From a virus (Duplodnaviria; Caudoviricetes), in the IMG/VR virus record IMGVR_UViG_3300027606_000007, positions 1,709 through 65,708 of that record: a DNA stretch of 64,000 bases, one strand, 5' to 3'. Each line of letters opens with the position of its first letter. The first letter of the stretch is position 1. Positions 46,101 to 55,553 of the stretch are shown here, in pieces. The notes under the pieces were generated by a model. The model was not told the origin of the DNA. It searched no databases and saw nothing but the letters and a program-made list of their open reading frames with translations. The translations under genes were made by a program, and so were the position numbers.

Positions 46101-46943
46101 ATGCCGAAGCTCAAGGACCACACCGTCAACGTCCACACCAAAGCCGGCGAGACGGTCGCCGTCAAGTTCGAGATCACGGTCTCCGTCGGCGGCGAGTTCC
46201 GCGCCCGCGTGCCCGTCAACCACGTCGAGGACCTCGACTTCATGGCGTGCCTACGCAACGCCAAAGGCGGCGCCAAGGTCGAGAAGCTGCGCGATCACGT
46301 CTACCTAGTCGCGCATGCATTGCCGCCCCTGGAGGCCGCTCTGCAGTCCGCGGTCGAGGCCTACGCGAGCCCGGAGGAGACGACGGAGCGCGTCATCCTG
46401 TACCGCATCAGGACCCGCGCGAAGTTCGCGATCAAGTCCGACGGCACCGTGAGCCAGAACGGCCACACCGCCGGCGGTAAGTTCCCTGACGACTACACCT
46501 GGAACGAGGACCACGGCGGCCCCTTCCAGCAGGATCTCGGCGTCTACATGGTCGGCATCTGGGCGCAGGTTTACGACAAGCACATCGCCCGGCGCGGCGA
46601 CAAAGAGGTGATCCGCTATTCCTGGGTCGGCAGCAGAGACGGACGCGCGCCGGCGGCGGAGCGCCTGAACGCATTCATCGAGTGCGCCTACCGGATCGCA
46701 CCGAAGGGGAGCGGTGTCCAGCAGCGACACGTCTCGAACGAGCTGACGTCCTCGGACTACGAGGAGATGCCCTACACCGACGAGGCCGCCGACTACTTCT
46801 CCGGGGTGATGCTCAGTCTCTGCGACCTCGTCCGCCGCGTCGACCACCTCTTCCGAAACCCCGAACGGCTGGCCGTCGCGATCCAGAACCGCGCCGGCTT
46901 CCTGCCGGCCCCGCCGGTGAGGAAAGAGGAGGCCGAGTCGTGA
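46101..46943 (+). CDS. Hypothetical protein
   Basis: GGAG RBS before ATG 46101. Confidence 0.6.
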   Translation: MPKLKDHTVNVHTKAGETVAVKFEITVSVGGEFRARVPVNHVEDLDFMACLRNAKGGAKVEKLRDHVYLVAHALPPLEAALQSAVEAYASPEETTERVILYRIRTRAKFAIKSDGTVSQNGHTAGGKFPDDYTWNEDHGGPFQQDLGVYMVGIWAQVYDKHIARRGDKEVIRYSWVGSRDGRAPAAERLNAFIECAYRIAPKGSGVQQRHVSNELTSSDYEEMPYTDEAADYFSGVMLSLCDLVRRVDHLFRNPERLAVAIQNRAGFLPAPPVRKEEAES

Positions 46944-47197
46944 AGTCCCTCAACGGCGGCGAGACGCGCCCGCTGACCGAGGCCTCGCGTCTCGCACTGG
47001 CCGACATCGCGAACGCGGCGCGCGTGCGGCAGTCGGTGAATCCCGGCGTCGCTGACCGTCTCCTCCGCGGCGGACTCGTCGAGTCGAAGCAGCTCCTAAG
47101 CCCCTTCAAGACGCACCGCGGCGGACTCGTGGAACACCTCGTCATCACCACTGCAGGCCTCGACGAGCTGCGCGCCTGGAAGGGATCGAAGCGATGA
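46940..47197 (+). CDS. Possible winged-helix protein
   Basis: LTEASRLAL...RLLRGGLVE...ITTAGLDEL. Confidence 0.45.
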   Translation: MKSLNGGETRPLTEASRLALADIANAARVRQSVNPGVADRLLRGGLVESKQLLSPFKTHRGGLVEHLVITTAGLDELRAWKGSKR

Positions 47198-47424
47198 ACA
47201 CGGAGACCGCCTGCTACGGCTTCGGATGCCCGCGGCATCACGACTGCGCCCGCTACGATCTGATCGAGACCGGCCGCGAGGACATCGCGAAGATGTCGAC
47301 CTGCATGGACGCGAACGGGAACTTCCCCGACCACGTCCCCAGCGGGACCTACATGCCTGCCGTCAGGCTCTATCCCGGGCTCGAAGAGTCCGAGGCCGAA
47401 GCGATGCGGGGGCCGCAGCGATGA
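47194..47424 (+). CDS. Cys-rich hypothetical protein
   Basis: CYGFGCPRHHDCARY. Confidence 0.55.
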   Translation: MNTETACYGFGCPRHHDCARYDLIETGREDIAKMSTCMDANGNFPDHVPSGTYMPAVRLYPGLEESEAEAMRGPQR

Positions 47425-47834
47425 CGTCGCCGAAGCCGATCCACATCCCAGGGTTCAGGACCGCGGGCTCGAACGCTCGCGAGGTCTGGCAGGCCCGCAC
47501 GAACCGTGTCAAGAAAGAGCGGAAGACGACCGCCGGCTACCTGAAGTTCTCGAAGAAGCCGGAGACGCCCTGCAGCGTCGTCCTCGTCCGCATGGCGCCA
47601 TCGAACGGTCTCGACGACGACAACCTCCGCGCCGCGCTGAAGGGCGTCCGCGACGAGATCGCGAACTGGCTCGGCGTCGACGACCGCGACCGCTACCGCG
47701 TGCGATACCGCTACCGGCAGGAGCGCGCCCCCTGGGGCGTGCGGATCGAGTTCGGCCCTCCCGTGTCGGGCGCGCAGATGGAAATCGGCATGTCGTCGGC
47801 CATCGATGACGACGACGAAGAAACCCCCTTCTGA
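47421..47834 (+). CDS. RusA-like Holliday junction resolvase
   Basis: LDDDNLRAALKGVRDEIANWLGVDD. Confidence 0.7.
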   Translation: MTSPKPIHIPGFRTAGSNAREVWQARTNRVKKERKTTAGYLKFSKKPETPCSVVLVRMAPSNGLDDDNLRAALKGVRDEIANWLGVDDRDRYRVRYRYRQERAPWGVRIEFGPPVSGAQMEIGMSSAIDDDDEETPF

Positions 47835-47843
47835 AAGGACCCC

Positions 47844-48326
47844 ATGAGTTACCCGACCGAAACGATCGAACGCCTCCAGGCCGAGGTCAACCGCCTGACC
47901 GAGCAGGACCGCGCGCACGCCGCCCAGGTCGTCGAGCTGATGCGCGAGCGCGATGGTCTCTCGATGCTGCTGCTCGAAGCAGCGGCCGAGCGTGATCGCC
48001 TCTCGACGCTGGTCAATACGCCGGAGATGGAGGACTTCCTCAAGGGCGTCCGCCTGGAGGCCGCGCACCAGATCGAACGCTGGGGCCCCGCGCATGACCG
48101 CAGCAAGTCGGCCGAGGCGTGGTTCTGGCTCGTCGGCTACCTCGCCGGCAAGGCTTTGCGCTCCGCGATCGAGGGCAACCGCGAGAAGGCGCTGCATCAC
48201 TGCATCAGCTCGGCGGCCGCGCTCTTCAATTGGCACCGCGCCATCCAGACCGACACGACCGGCCACGGCATCGGCGCCGACGCCGACCTCAACCCCGAAC
48301 CGAACGTCGACGTCCTGAAACGCTGA
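47844..48326 (+). CDS. Hypothetical protein
   Basis: AAAGGA RBS; N-terminal coiled coil. Confidence 0.6.
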   Translation: MSYPTETIERLQAEVNRLTEQDRAHAAQVVELMRERDGLSMLLLEAAAERDRLSTLVNTPEMEDFLKGVRLEAAHQIERWGPAHDRSKSAEAWFWLVGYLAGKALRSAIEGNREKALHHCISSAAALFNWHRAIQTDTTGHGIGADADLNPEPNVDVLKR

Positions 48327-48370
48327 CGCATCACGACACCATGACCATCCACACCCTGAAAGGAAAAGCG

Positions 48371-49174
48371 ATGGAACTCACCGTCGAGAACATCACGCCG
48401 GACAAGGCGACCCGCTGGCTCAACGCGAACCGGTCGAATCGGAAGATGCGCGAGGGCGTCGCTGAAAAATACGCCGACGACATGAAGCACGGCCGGTGGA
48501 CGAACTGCCCGGAGCCGATCTCGTTCTACACCGACGGGGACCTCGCTGACGGTCAGCACCGCTTGTGGGCGATCATCGATTCCGGCAAAACGGTCCGCAT
48601 GCCGGTCGCGCGCGGCCTCTCCCGCGAGGACGGTCTCAACCTGAACACCGGCTTGACGCGCTCCCTCGTCGATAACGCCCGCATCAGCGGCGCCGACAAG
48701 GATCTGAGCAATGCGCTGCTCGGCGCGGCCCGCTCGATCGCTTCCGGCGCCGCGGCGGCCGGCTCCGTCTCCGGTGCCGCTCGACTGCAGATGGTCGAGG
48801 ACCACCGCGAGGCCGCGAGCTGGGCGGTCTCCAACGTCAAGAAGACCAAGCTCCTCTGCAATGCTGTTGTCCTCGGCGCCGTCGGGCGGGCCTTCTACTA
48901 CGAGGCCGACAAGGACAAGCTCAAGCGATTCTGCGACGTCTTCGGGACCGGCTTCTCCGACGGTGACCAGGAATCGGCCGCGATCGCGATCCGAAACTAC
49001 ATGCTTGCGAAGGGCTCGTCGGCCTCCTCGGCGGCGATGTGGCGCGACACCTTCCTCAAGCTGCAGAACGCGATCCGCTACTTCATGCAGGGGAAGAAGC
49101 TGACGATCATCAAGGGCGTCGCCGAAGAGGCGTATCCGCTCAAGGTGGCACGCGCGAAGAAGAAGGCGGCCTGA
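48371..49174 (+). CDS. ParB/Srx-like (DGQHR) domain protein
   Basis: NRSNR...YADDMKHGRW...LADGQHRLWAI...LNTGLTRS. Confidence 0.75.
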   Translation: MELTVENITPDKATRWLNANRSNRKMREGVAEKYADDMKHGRWTNCPEPISFYTDGDLADGQHRLWAIIDSGKTVRMPVARGLSREDGLNLNTGLTRSLVDNARISGADKDLSNALLGAARSIASGAAAAGSVSGAARLQMVEDHREAASWAVSNVKKTKLLCNAVVLGAVGRAFYYEADKDKLKRFCDVFGTGFSDGDQESAAIAIRNYMLAKGSSASSAAMWRDTFLKLQNAIRYFMQGKKLTIIKGVAEEAYPLKVARAKKKAA

Positions 49175-49176
49175 CC

Positions 49177-49503
49177 ATGGACATCGATCAGAACGGACGC
49201 TTCAACCTGCCGGCCGACCGCTTCATCATCCTCCCGGCGATCGGCGGCCTGATGGTCGTCAATGCGAAGCCCTCCATGTCGCTGATCTCGGACCTGATCG
49301 GTGCCGGTGGCCTCGACACCGTCAACCTCCGTAGCCGCGGCCGGCCGCTGCGCGTGATGGTCGTCGACGACCTCGGTCACCCGAAGGGCCTCCCGATCAA
49401 CGATGCCGCGACAGCGCTCTATCACGAGCAGTGCGTCCCCGGCGCGAATCCTCCCCCGATCCGCGGCGACGTCGCGATCGTTTTCGACGACGACTTCGCC
49501 TGA
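49177..49503 (+). CDS. DUF3846-like protein
   Basis: MVVDDLG..KGLPIN..AT...IRGDVAIV. Confidence 0.55.
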   Translation: MDIDQNGRFNLPADRFIILPAIGGLMVVNAKPSMSLISDLIGAGGLDTVNLRSRGRPLRVMVVDDLGHPKGLPINDAATALYHEQCVPGANPPPIRGDVAIVFDDDFA

Positions 49504-49514
49504 AGGAAGAGATC

Positions 49515-50246
49515 ATGACCCCCATCGAAACAGCGTGCGAATGCGTGGATGCCGCCGTCTTCTCCGGCGCGCACATGGACGACCCCGCGGAGCGCCAGAT
49601 GCTGCGCGAATACATCGAGCGCTGGGAGAACTACCTCAAGCCATACGATGCGATCGAGACCGCCGGCCTGTCGACCGAGAAGGCCTCCGAGCTGATCGTC
49701 GCGCCCATGGTCGAGGCCCTGCAGCACGCGATCGAGGGCGAGTGCGACGGTCTCGCGATCTCCGAGGCCCAGGCCGTGTCGATCCTCGGCTACGTGGCCG
49801 CGCATGCATCGCCGGCGGATGCCGCGCGCATCGGCGCCGCCGCTCCGGTCCTCGCGATCGATGTCACCGACGTCGACGGCGTGAAGTCGATCGAGATTGA
49901 CCCGGCGAAACACCCGATTCAGTTCCGCATGATGGCGGCCGCCGCGCTGCGCACGCTGTCGACAGCCGATCATCCCCGGGAGGATCTCGATCTCGACGCT
50001 GTCCGCTCGATGTCCCGCTACATCGCCGGCGACACCACGGTCCCAGATCCAGTCGCGGCGCCGCCTTACGTCCACAGCCCGGACCCCGCGCTCTTCGCGA
50101 TCACGGTCGCGCGTGGCGACGTCGGCGGCTTCGGCTTCCTCGTGTCGCCGGACGTGATCGGGCATCAGGCTTTCGCGGCCGAGGCCGGCGCGCTGGTCAC
50201 GAAGCTGGCGTCGTCGATCCTGAACATCGAGATCACGAAGGGATGA
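49515..50246 (+). CDS. Hypothetical protein
   Basis: AAGGA RBS. Confidence 0.55.
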   Translation: MTPIETACECVDAAVFSGAHMDDPAERQMLREYIERWENYLKPYDAIETAGLSTEKASELIVAPMVEALQHAIEGECDGLAISEAQAVSILGYVAAHASPADAARIGAAAPVLAIDVTDVDGVKSIEIDPAKHPIQFRMMAAAALRTLSTADHPREDLDLDAVRSMSRYIAGDTTVPDPVAAPPYVHSPDPALFAITVARGDVGGFGFLVSPDVIGHQAFAAEAGALVTKLASSILNIEITKG

Positions 50247-50890
50247 CCATGACGACGACGCACGCCTATCCCCTCTGCTGGCCCGCCGACTGGCGCCGAA
50301 CGCCTTCGGCGAATCGCAAGCTCGCGAACTTCAGCGTCAAGGTCCGCGGCAACGGCTGGCCGACGGCTCGAAACATCACGATCGCCGAGGGCGTGCAGCG
50401 CGTCCTCGACGAGCTGCGCCGCTGGGGCTACACACAGCGCGACATCATCATCAGCACGAACGTCCCCGTCAAAAGCGACGGGCTCCCGCGCAGCGACTCG
50501 AAGCGGCCGCAGGACCCCGGCGTCGCCGTCTACTGGGACGAGCCGACCGGCCCGCGGCGCTGCATCGCCGTCGACGTCTACACCACGGTCGAGGACAACC
50601 TCGCGGCCGTGGCCGCCACGATCGAGGCGATGCGCGCCATCGAGCGACACGGCGGCGCCGTGGTCCTGGAGCGGGCCTTCACGGGCTTCACCGCGCTCCC
50701 GCCGCCGTCGACCTCGTCGACCCCGAAGCGGAGCTGGTGGGAAGTCCTGGGCGTGGCCTCCGACGCATCGCGCGACGAAGTCCGCCTCGCCTACCGTCGT
50801 CTCCGCAGTGAACACCATCCCGACCGGGGCGGTGTCCGCGCACGGTATGACGAGATCGAGGCGGCCTGGGAACAGGCGCAGAGGGCGTGA
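50243..50890 (+). CDS. J-domain (DnaJ-like) protein
   Basis: C-terminal WWEVLGV...AYRRLRSEHHPDRGG. Confidence 0.85.
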   Translation: MTMTTTHAYPLCWPADWRRTPSANRKLANFSVKVRGNGWPTARNITIAEGVQRVLDELRRWGYTQRDIIISTNVPVKSDGLPRSDSKRPQDPGVAVYWDEPTGPRRCIAVDVYTTVEDNLAAVAATIEAMRAIERHGGAVVLERAFTGFTALPPPSTSSTPKRSWWEVLGVASDASRDEVRLAYRRLRSEHHPDRGGVRARYDEIEAAWEQAQRA

Positions 50891-51006
50891 TGCGGAACTG
50901 GAAGAAGATCAAGGCGATGGCGTCGCTCGCGCTGGCGGCCGTCATCGCTCTGTCGTGGCTCGAACTGCCGCTCATCATGAAGGTGATCTCGGAATGGAAC
51001 AGGTAA
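50890..51006 (+). CDS. Small TM peptide (38 aa)
   Basis: Coupled; hydrophobic. Confidence 0.4.
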   Translation: MRNWKKIKAMASLALAAVIALSWLELPLIMKVISEWNR

Positions 51007-51644
51007 AGGAGCGGGGCGTCGCCTTCATCGGCTCGATGGTCAATGCCATCCTCGACGGCATCAAGACGAACACGCGGCGGCCGCTGTCGAAGCTACACGC
51101 CGAACTGATCGACGCTCACAACGTCGTCAGGGACGACCCCGTCCTGCTCGCGATGTGTCCTCACGGCAAGGTCGGCGATCGCCTCTGGGTCCGCGAGGCG
51201 TGGCGCGTCAGCAAGCGATGGGACGACGCGCCGCCGCGAGATCTGCCGGTCCACGGCCTGTCCGTCTTCTACGAGGCCGGCGGAAGCTGCGCGAACTACC
51301 AGGACGGCGCCGGCCTGAAATGGACACACGACCGCTCCTATCCGCCGTCGAAGCTGGACTTCGCAGGTCGATACCGGCCGCCGATGTTCCTTCCCCGCTG
51401 GGCCTCTCGGATCCTGCTGGAGATCACCGAGGTCCGCATCGAGCGCGTCGCCGACATCAGCGAGGAAGACGCCGCGGCCGAGGGTGTCGCGCGCTGGGCA
51501 GAAGGCGCGCTCTCTCCGGACAGTTGCCGCGAGTTCACGGCCGCGCAGAAGTTCGTCTATCTCTGGGACCAGATCCACGGCGTCGGCGCGTTCGATCGCG
51601 ACGCCTGGGTCTGGGTCATCGTCTTCAAACGCATCACACCCTGA
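50994..51644 (+). CDS. ASCH/PUA-like phage protein
   Basis: MVNAILDGIKTNTRR, CPHGKVGDRLWVREAW, RWASRILLEITEVRIER, WVWVIVF. Confidence 0.7.
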   Translation: MEQVKERGVAFIGSMVNAILDGIKTNTRRPLSKLHAELIDAHNVVRDDPVLLAMCPHGKVGDRLWVREAWRVSKRWDDAPPRDLPVHGLSVFYEAGGSCANYQDGAGLKWTHDRSYPPSKLDFAGRYRPPMFLPRWASRILLEITEVRIERVADISEEDAAAEGVARWAEGALSPDSCREFTAAQKFVYLWDQIHGVGAFDRDAWVWVIVFKRITP

Positions 51645-51654
51645 AAGGAAATCA

Positions 51655-51861
51655 ATGAACGCCTCCGCCTGGGCGCAGTGGACGCTCCTCGTCCTCCTCG
51701 TCCTGAACCTCATCGTCATGATCGCTGGCGACGTCAGCAAATTCCACAAGCACCGCGACACGAAGCGGCGCGCGATCGACATCGCGCTCTCTTTCATCCT
51801 GCAGGGCTTGATCCTATGGGTGACGTGGCAGGCCGGCGCCTTCTCTCTGGTGTTCCGATGA
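51655..51861 (+). CDS. Two-TM membrane protein
   Basis: AAAGGA RBS; TM segments. Confidence 0.55.
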   Translation: MNASAWAQWTLLVLLVLNLIVMIAGDVSKFHKHRDTKRRAIDIALSFILQGLILWVTWQAGAFSLVFR

Positions 51862-52010
51862 AACCGACCCACCTCCGCAACGAAGAAGACGTCCAGCTCC
51901 GCCGCAGGATGGGGCTCGGCATCAAGGAACTCGACGGCCGCAAGAAGCGGATCAAGAAGCTGGAGAAGCAGCGCCGCGACGAGCAGCGCCTCGAAGGGCG
52001 GGCACGATGA
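51858..52010 (+). CDS. Small basic protein
   Basis: ATGA-coupled. Confidence 0.4.
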   Translation: MKPTHLRNEEDVQLRRRMGLGIKELDGRKKRIKKLEKQRRDEQRLEGRAR

Positions 52011-52339
52011 ACGGCGGGCAGAACCTGACCCCGAGCTTCGAGATGACGTCCGACTTCGAGACGTGGTTCCTGAAGCGACACGGGAAGACGCTGGCCCAGG
52101 CCTGGACCGATCGCGAGCCGCCGCGCAAGCACATCGAGTCCCTCTGCGAGGCCTGGGCCGTGTCGAAGAAGCAGACCGACCGCGAGCTGACCGAGGCCGT
52201 GCGTCGACTCTCCGAGATCTCGCTCGTCTGCGCCGGCGCCGGTGCGACGCTGGACCCGATGCCCGACGACGGGCCCGCGCTGACGGCCGTCAAGCAGATG
52301 GCGACAGCCCTGCGAAACCATGGGATAGGAAAAACCTAA
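52007..52339 (+). CDS. Hypothetical protein
   Basis: ATGA-coupled. Confidence 0.55.
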   Translation: MNGGQNLTPSFEMTSDFETWFLKRHGKTLAQAWTDREPPRKHIESLCEAWAVSKKQTDRELTEAVRRLSEISLVCAGAGATLDPMPDDGPALTAVKQMATALRNHGIGKT

Positions 52340-52399
52340 GAGCCCAGGATTTCGCATCGGAACAATCAAATGGACCCGGCGAGGGTTCGGCCCGAAGAT
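52335..52399 (+). promoter_or_regulatory. 65-bp promoter-like repeat, copy 4
   Basis: CCTAA-N16-ATCGGAACAATCAAA-TGGACC-N17-GAAGAT. Confidence 0.85.
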
Positions 52400-52454
52400 T
52401 CATTCACCGCGCAATACCGCGCGGCTTCTAAGAAACGAACCGAGGACCGAAACC

Positions 52455-53528
52455 ATGAAGCAACAACTTTCTTCCCTGGAAGCTCTGGCCGCCAAGCTGA
52501 CCGCCCAGCGCGCCGTCTCCGCCGACTACGTCGCCCCGTCGACCGACATCAAGATGAACACGGCCGGCAAGATCGATTCCAGCTCGGCCGGCATCGTCGA
52601 CCGCATCCTGCGCAAGACCGCGCATCGCCAGCTCGCCGAGATCACCGACATCCCCGGCGCCTACTACGAGCGCATGCGCGCCACCGACCCCGCCCTGCTG
52701 TCGCAGAACGTGAACCGCTGGATGGGCGCCCGCACGAACTCGCGCCAGATGCTGCGCACGATCGACGGTGAAGTCCGCGCCATCCTGTCGGACCGCTACG
52801 CCCGGATCGACAACTATCAAGTCGCCGAGGTCGTCCTCGACATCCTGTCGAAGCAGGAAGGCCTCGAAATCGTCTCCTCCGCCGTGACCGACGATCACAT
52901 GCACATCAAGGCCATCGTCACGAATGACCCGCTGATCGTGCCGGGCTCGAAGCGCGTCGGCGACCTCGTTGACCGCGGCGTCGCGATCCGCAACAGTGAA
53001 ACCGGCATGGGCGCCCTGTCGATCTCCCCCTTCGCCCATTACCGCGTCTGCACGAACGGCATGGTCCGCAACGATGCCCGCCTCCGCGCTTCGCACGTCG
53101 GCCGCAAAATCGACGCCTCCCTGGAAGGCCTGCTGTCCGAAGGGACCCGCCGCCTGGAAGACGCGACGGTCATCAGCAAGGTCAAGGACATCCTCGCCCA
53201 CTGCTTCGACAAGGCCGCCTTCGAGACCTACATCGCGAAGATGGCCGAGCTGACCCAGCAGCAGATCGAAGGCGACGTCGCCGCCGCTGTCGGCTCCCTG
53301 CGCCCCGCCCTGGGCCTGTCGATCGGCGAATGCTCCGGCGTGCTGCGCCACCTCGCCGCCGGCGGTGATCTGAGCCGCTACGGCCTCGTCAACGCGGTGA
53401 CCCGCACCGCCGAGGACGTCGAGGATTACGACCGCGCGACCGAGATCGAAGGCCTCGGCTTCAAGCTGGCGACCCTGCCGGCCCGCGACTGGAAGCAGAT
53501 CGCGAACGCCGAAGCCGTCGCGGCCTAA
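52455..53528 (+). CDS. DUF932/DUF945 family protein
   Basis: RAILSDRYARIDN, IRNSETGMGAL, VCTNGMV, YGLVNAVT. Confidence 0.85.
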   Translation: MKQQLSSLEALAAKLTAQRAVSADYVAPSTDIKMNTAGKIDSSSAGIVDRILRKTAHRQLAEITDIPGAYYERMRATDPALLSQNVNRWMGARTNSRQMLRTIDGEVRAILSDRYARIDNYQVAEVVLDILSKQEGLEIVSSAVTDDHMHIKAIVTNDPLIVPGSKRVGDLVDRGVAIRNSETGMGALSISPFAHYRVCTNGMVRNDARLRASHVGRKIDASLEGLLSEGTRRLEDATVISKVKDILAHCFDKAAFETYIAKMAELTQQQIEGDVAAAVGSLRPALGLSIGECSGVLRHLAAGGDLSRYGLVNAVTRTAEDVEDYDRATEIEGLGFKLATLPARDWKQIANAEAVAA

Positions 53529-53638
53529 GAGTTCCGAGCCCTCTCCGCCCAGGCCAATGGGCCGCCGGGGTCGCACCCGACGGACTGGCAAGCGGGGAGG
53601 GCGAGGAGGCTCTACAACCACCACACCAGGAGCGCGCG

Positions 53639-54058
53639 ATGCCTCTGAAGTCCATCCAGCTCGCCACGATCAGCCCCTCGAATCGAGCCGAGGGCAAGTT
53701 CGACGTCGACGCCCACAGCGACACCGGCCACCTCTCGGCGACCTTCGCCTGCAGTTCGGAGTCGAGCGCGCTGAAGCTGCGCGACGCGATCCGCGATCAC
53801 GCCGACTGCCTGAAGAACGTCTTCGACAGCCGCGACCGGCCGACGCGCGAGGGACCGATCGCTCTGCTCGTCGAAAACGTCTGCAACCTCAATAACGGCG
53901 CGATGGTGCAGCTCGGCGAGTTCCTCCGCGCCCATCCCATCGAGCGCGCCCAGTTCGCCTCGCGCTGCGCCGCGATGATCGAGTCCGCGCTCGAAGTCGA
54001 CGCCTCGCGCTACACCGGCGACGACGGCCGCCCATTCCTCGGACATCGCTCACCATGA
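53639..54058 (+). CDS. Hypothetical protein
   Basis: AGGAG RBS. Confidence 0.6.
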   Translation: MPLKSIQLATISPSNRAEGKFDVDAHSDTGHLSATFACSSESSALKLRDAIRDHADCLKNVFDSRDRPTREGPIALLVENVCNLNNGAMVQLGEFLRAHPIERAQFASRCAAMIESALEVDASRYTGDDGRPFLGHRSP

Positions 54059-54318
54059 CGCAGGCCGCCTTCGATGTCCTCTGGGCCTTGATGATCGAGC
54101 AGGGCTACAAGGCCGCCTGCGTCTCCGGCAACCCCTACGCGAAGCACGCGAAGAAGGCCGGCGAGAACGAGGCCATCTGCGGGAAGAAACCGGGCAAGGG
54201 GTCGACGAGCTACAAGATGCGCAACCGCACCGGCTGGCGGGTCTACATCGACGACACGGCGCCGGACTGCGACGCCTGCCGCAGGCTGATCGAGGCCAAC
54301 ATCTCGAAGCCGGGCTGA
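54055..54318 (+). CDS. Cys/His-containing hypothetical protein
   Basis: H...ICG...CDAC. Confidence 0.55.
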   Translation: MTQAAFDVLWALMIEQGYKAACVSGNPYAKHAKKAGENEAICGKKPGKGSTSYKMRNRTGWRVYIDDTAPDCDACRRLIEANISKPG

Positions 54319-54327
54319 TTGGTCCAG

Positions 54328-54392
54328 CCTATCGCCGCGCGCCGCTGCATCAGAACAATCAAATGGACCGCGACGTCCGCAAGACCGAAGAT
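54328..54392 (+). promoter_or_regulatory. 65-bp promoter-like repeat, copy 5
   Basis: CCTAT-N16-ATCAGAACAATCAAA-TGGACC-N17-GAAGAT. Confidence 0.85.
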
Positions 54393-54424
54393 CTCTCCAT
54401 CAACAAGACGGAAGGGGAATCGAC

Positions 54425-54676
54425 ATGCGGACCATCGAACAGGATCTCAACACTCGCGAACTCCGCCGCCTGCGCGGTGACGCGAAGCGCGAAGCGAAGC
54501 TCGAACGCCTGGAGTCCGAGGCCGAGAAGCTGATCGGCCAGCTCTGCCGCGAGGGGAAGACGGTCTTCTACATCAATCTCACCGACCGCAATGGTCGCTT
54601 CACCGGCAAGACCAAGGAAAGCGCGACGGAGTATCCGCTGATCGCCTACATGATCCGTAACAGCTACGTCCACTGA
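54425..54676 (+). CDS. Hypothetical early protein
   Basis: Directly after cassette, RBS. Confidence 0.7.
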   Translation: MRTIEQDLNTRELRRLRGDAKREAKLERLESEAEKLIGQLCREGKTVFYINLTDRNGRFTGKTKESATEYPLIAYMIRNSYVH

Positions 54677-54692
54677 TCGGCGATCGACGGGG

Positions 54693-54757
54693 CCTATCGA
54701 TGGCCCCTGTCGGATCAGAACAATCAAATAGACGGTCCAACTACAGAGGCCGATCAT
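54693..54757 (+). promoter_or_regulatory. 65-bp promoter-like repeat, copy 6
   Basis: CCTAT-N16-ATCAGAACAATCAAA-TAGACG-N17-GATCAT. Confidence 0.8.
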
Positions 54758-54789
54758 CTCTACATCAACAACGACGACGGAGAACCGAG

Positions 54790-55191
54790 ATGAACACCAC
54801 GAAACGCCCGATGCGCCTGACGCGCGACGTCAAGAATCCGAAGTTCGATCGCCGCTGCAAGCATGGCGTCGAGGCGGTCGAGACGTTCACGGCCGGGACC
54901 TTCCTCGTGTCGTACACCCATGACGAATCGAAGGACGCCGAGAAGTTCGGCGAGGGCCACGTCGAGATGGGCGGCCGGACTCACAGCTTCGCGATGCGCG
55001 ACCTCCTGCTGGACAACGCGGAACCCAGCGACCCGCGCACCGCCGCCGAGGCGATGCTGCTCGCCGACATCGCCGGCATCCAGAACGCCGACGAGCTGGT
55101 CCAGCAGATGATCGACATGAAGCTCATCTCGCTCGCCGACATCGCCGCCGCCGGCGCCGCCCTCAATGCCAAATGGGACACCGCAGAATGA
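54790..55191 (+). CDS. Hypothetical early protein
   Basis: GGAG RBS after cassette. Confidence 0.65.
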   Translation: MNTTKRPMRLTRDVKNPKFDRRCKHGVEAVETFTAGTFLVSYTHDESKDAEKFGEGHVEMGGRTHSFAMRDLLLDNAEPSDPRTAAEAMLLADIAGIQNADELVQQMIDMKLISLADIAAAGAALNAKWDTAE

Positions 55192-55553
55192 GCGCCGCGA
55201 TCCACACCCCGGAAACGATCATGACGCTCGCCGTCGGCGAGGCCATCATCGAGAACCGCGACGTGAGCTGGATCCGCCTCAGCGATGGGACGGAACGCCG
55301 GATCAACGGCTACCCGGCCGCCACCATCGACGACGCCCGCGAGGTCTACGCCGATTGCATGCCGTGGTTCAAGCACTCCGACGCCGCCCTGCAGACCCGC
55401 GTCGACGAGGCGAACTCGGCCGCGCGGAACTGCGGCGACAGCGTCCGCCAGCGCCGCGACCCGATCTACTGGCTCGCCTTCTACGCGAACCAGGAGGCCG
55501 ACGAAGCCGAGGCCGACAGCAACGCGGCCGCCCACGAGGAGACCTTTCGATGA
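55188..55553 (+). CDS. Hypothetical protein
   Basis: ATGA-coupled. Confidence 0.55.
   Translation: MSAAIHTPETIMTLAVGEAIIENRDVSWIRLSDGTERRINGYPAATIDDAREVYADCMPWFKHSDAALQTRVDEANSAARNCGDSVRQRRDPIYWLAFYANQEADEAEADSNAAAHEETFR

Noticed and set aside
53536-53612. Possible tRNA
   Set aside because: No TTC T-loop, D-loop or CCA arrangement; not a cloverleaf
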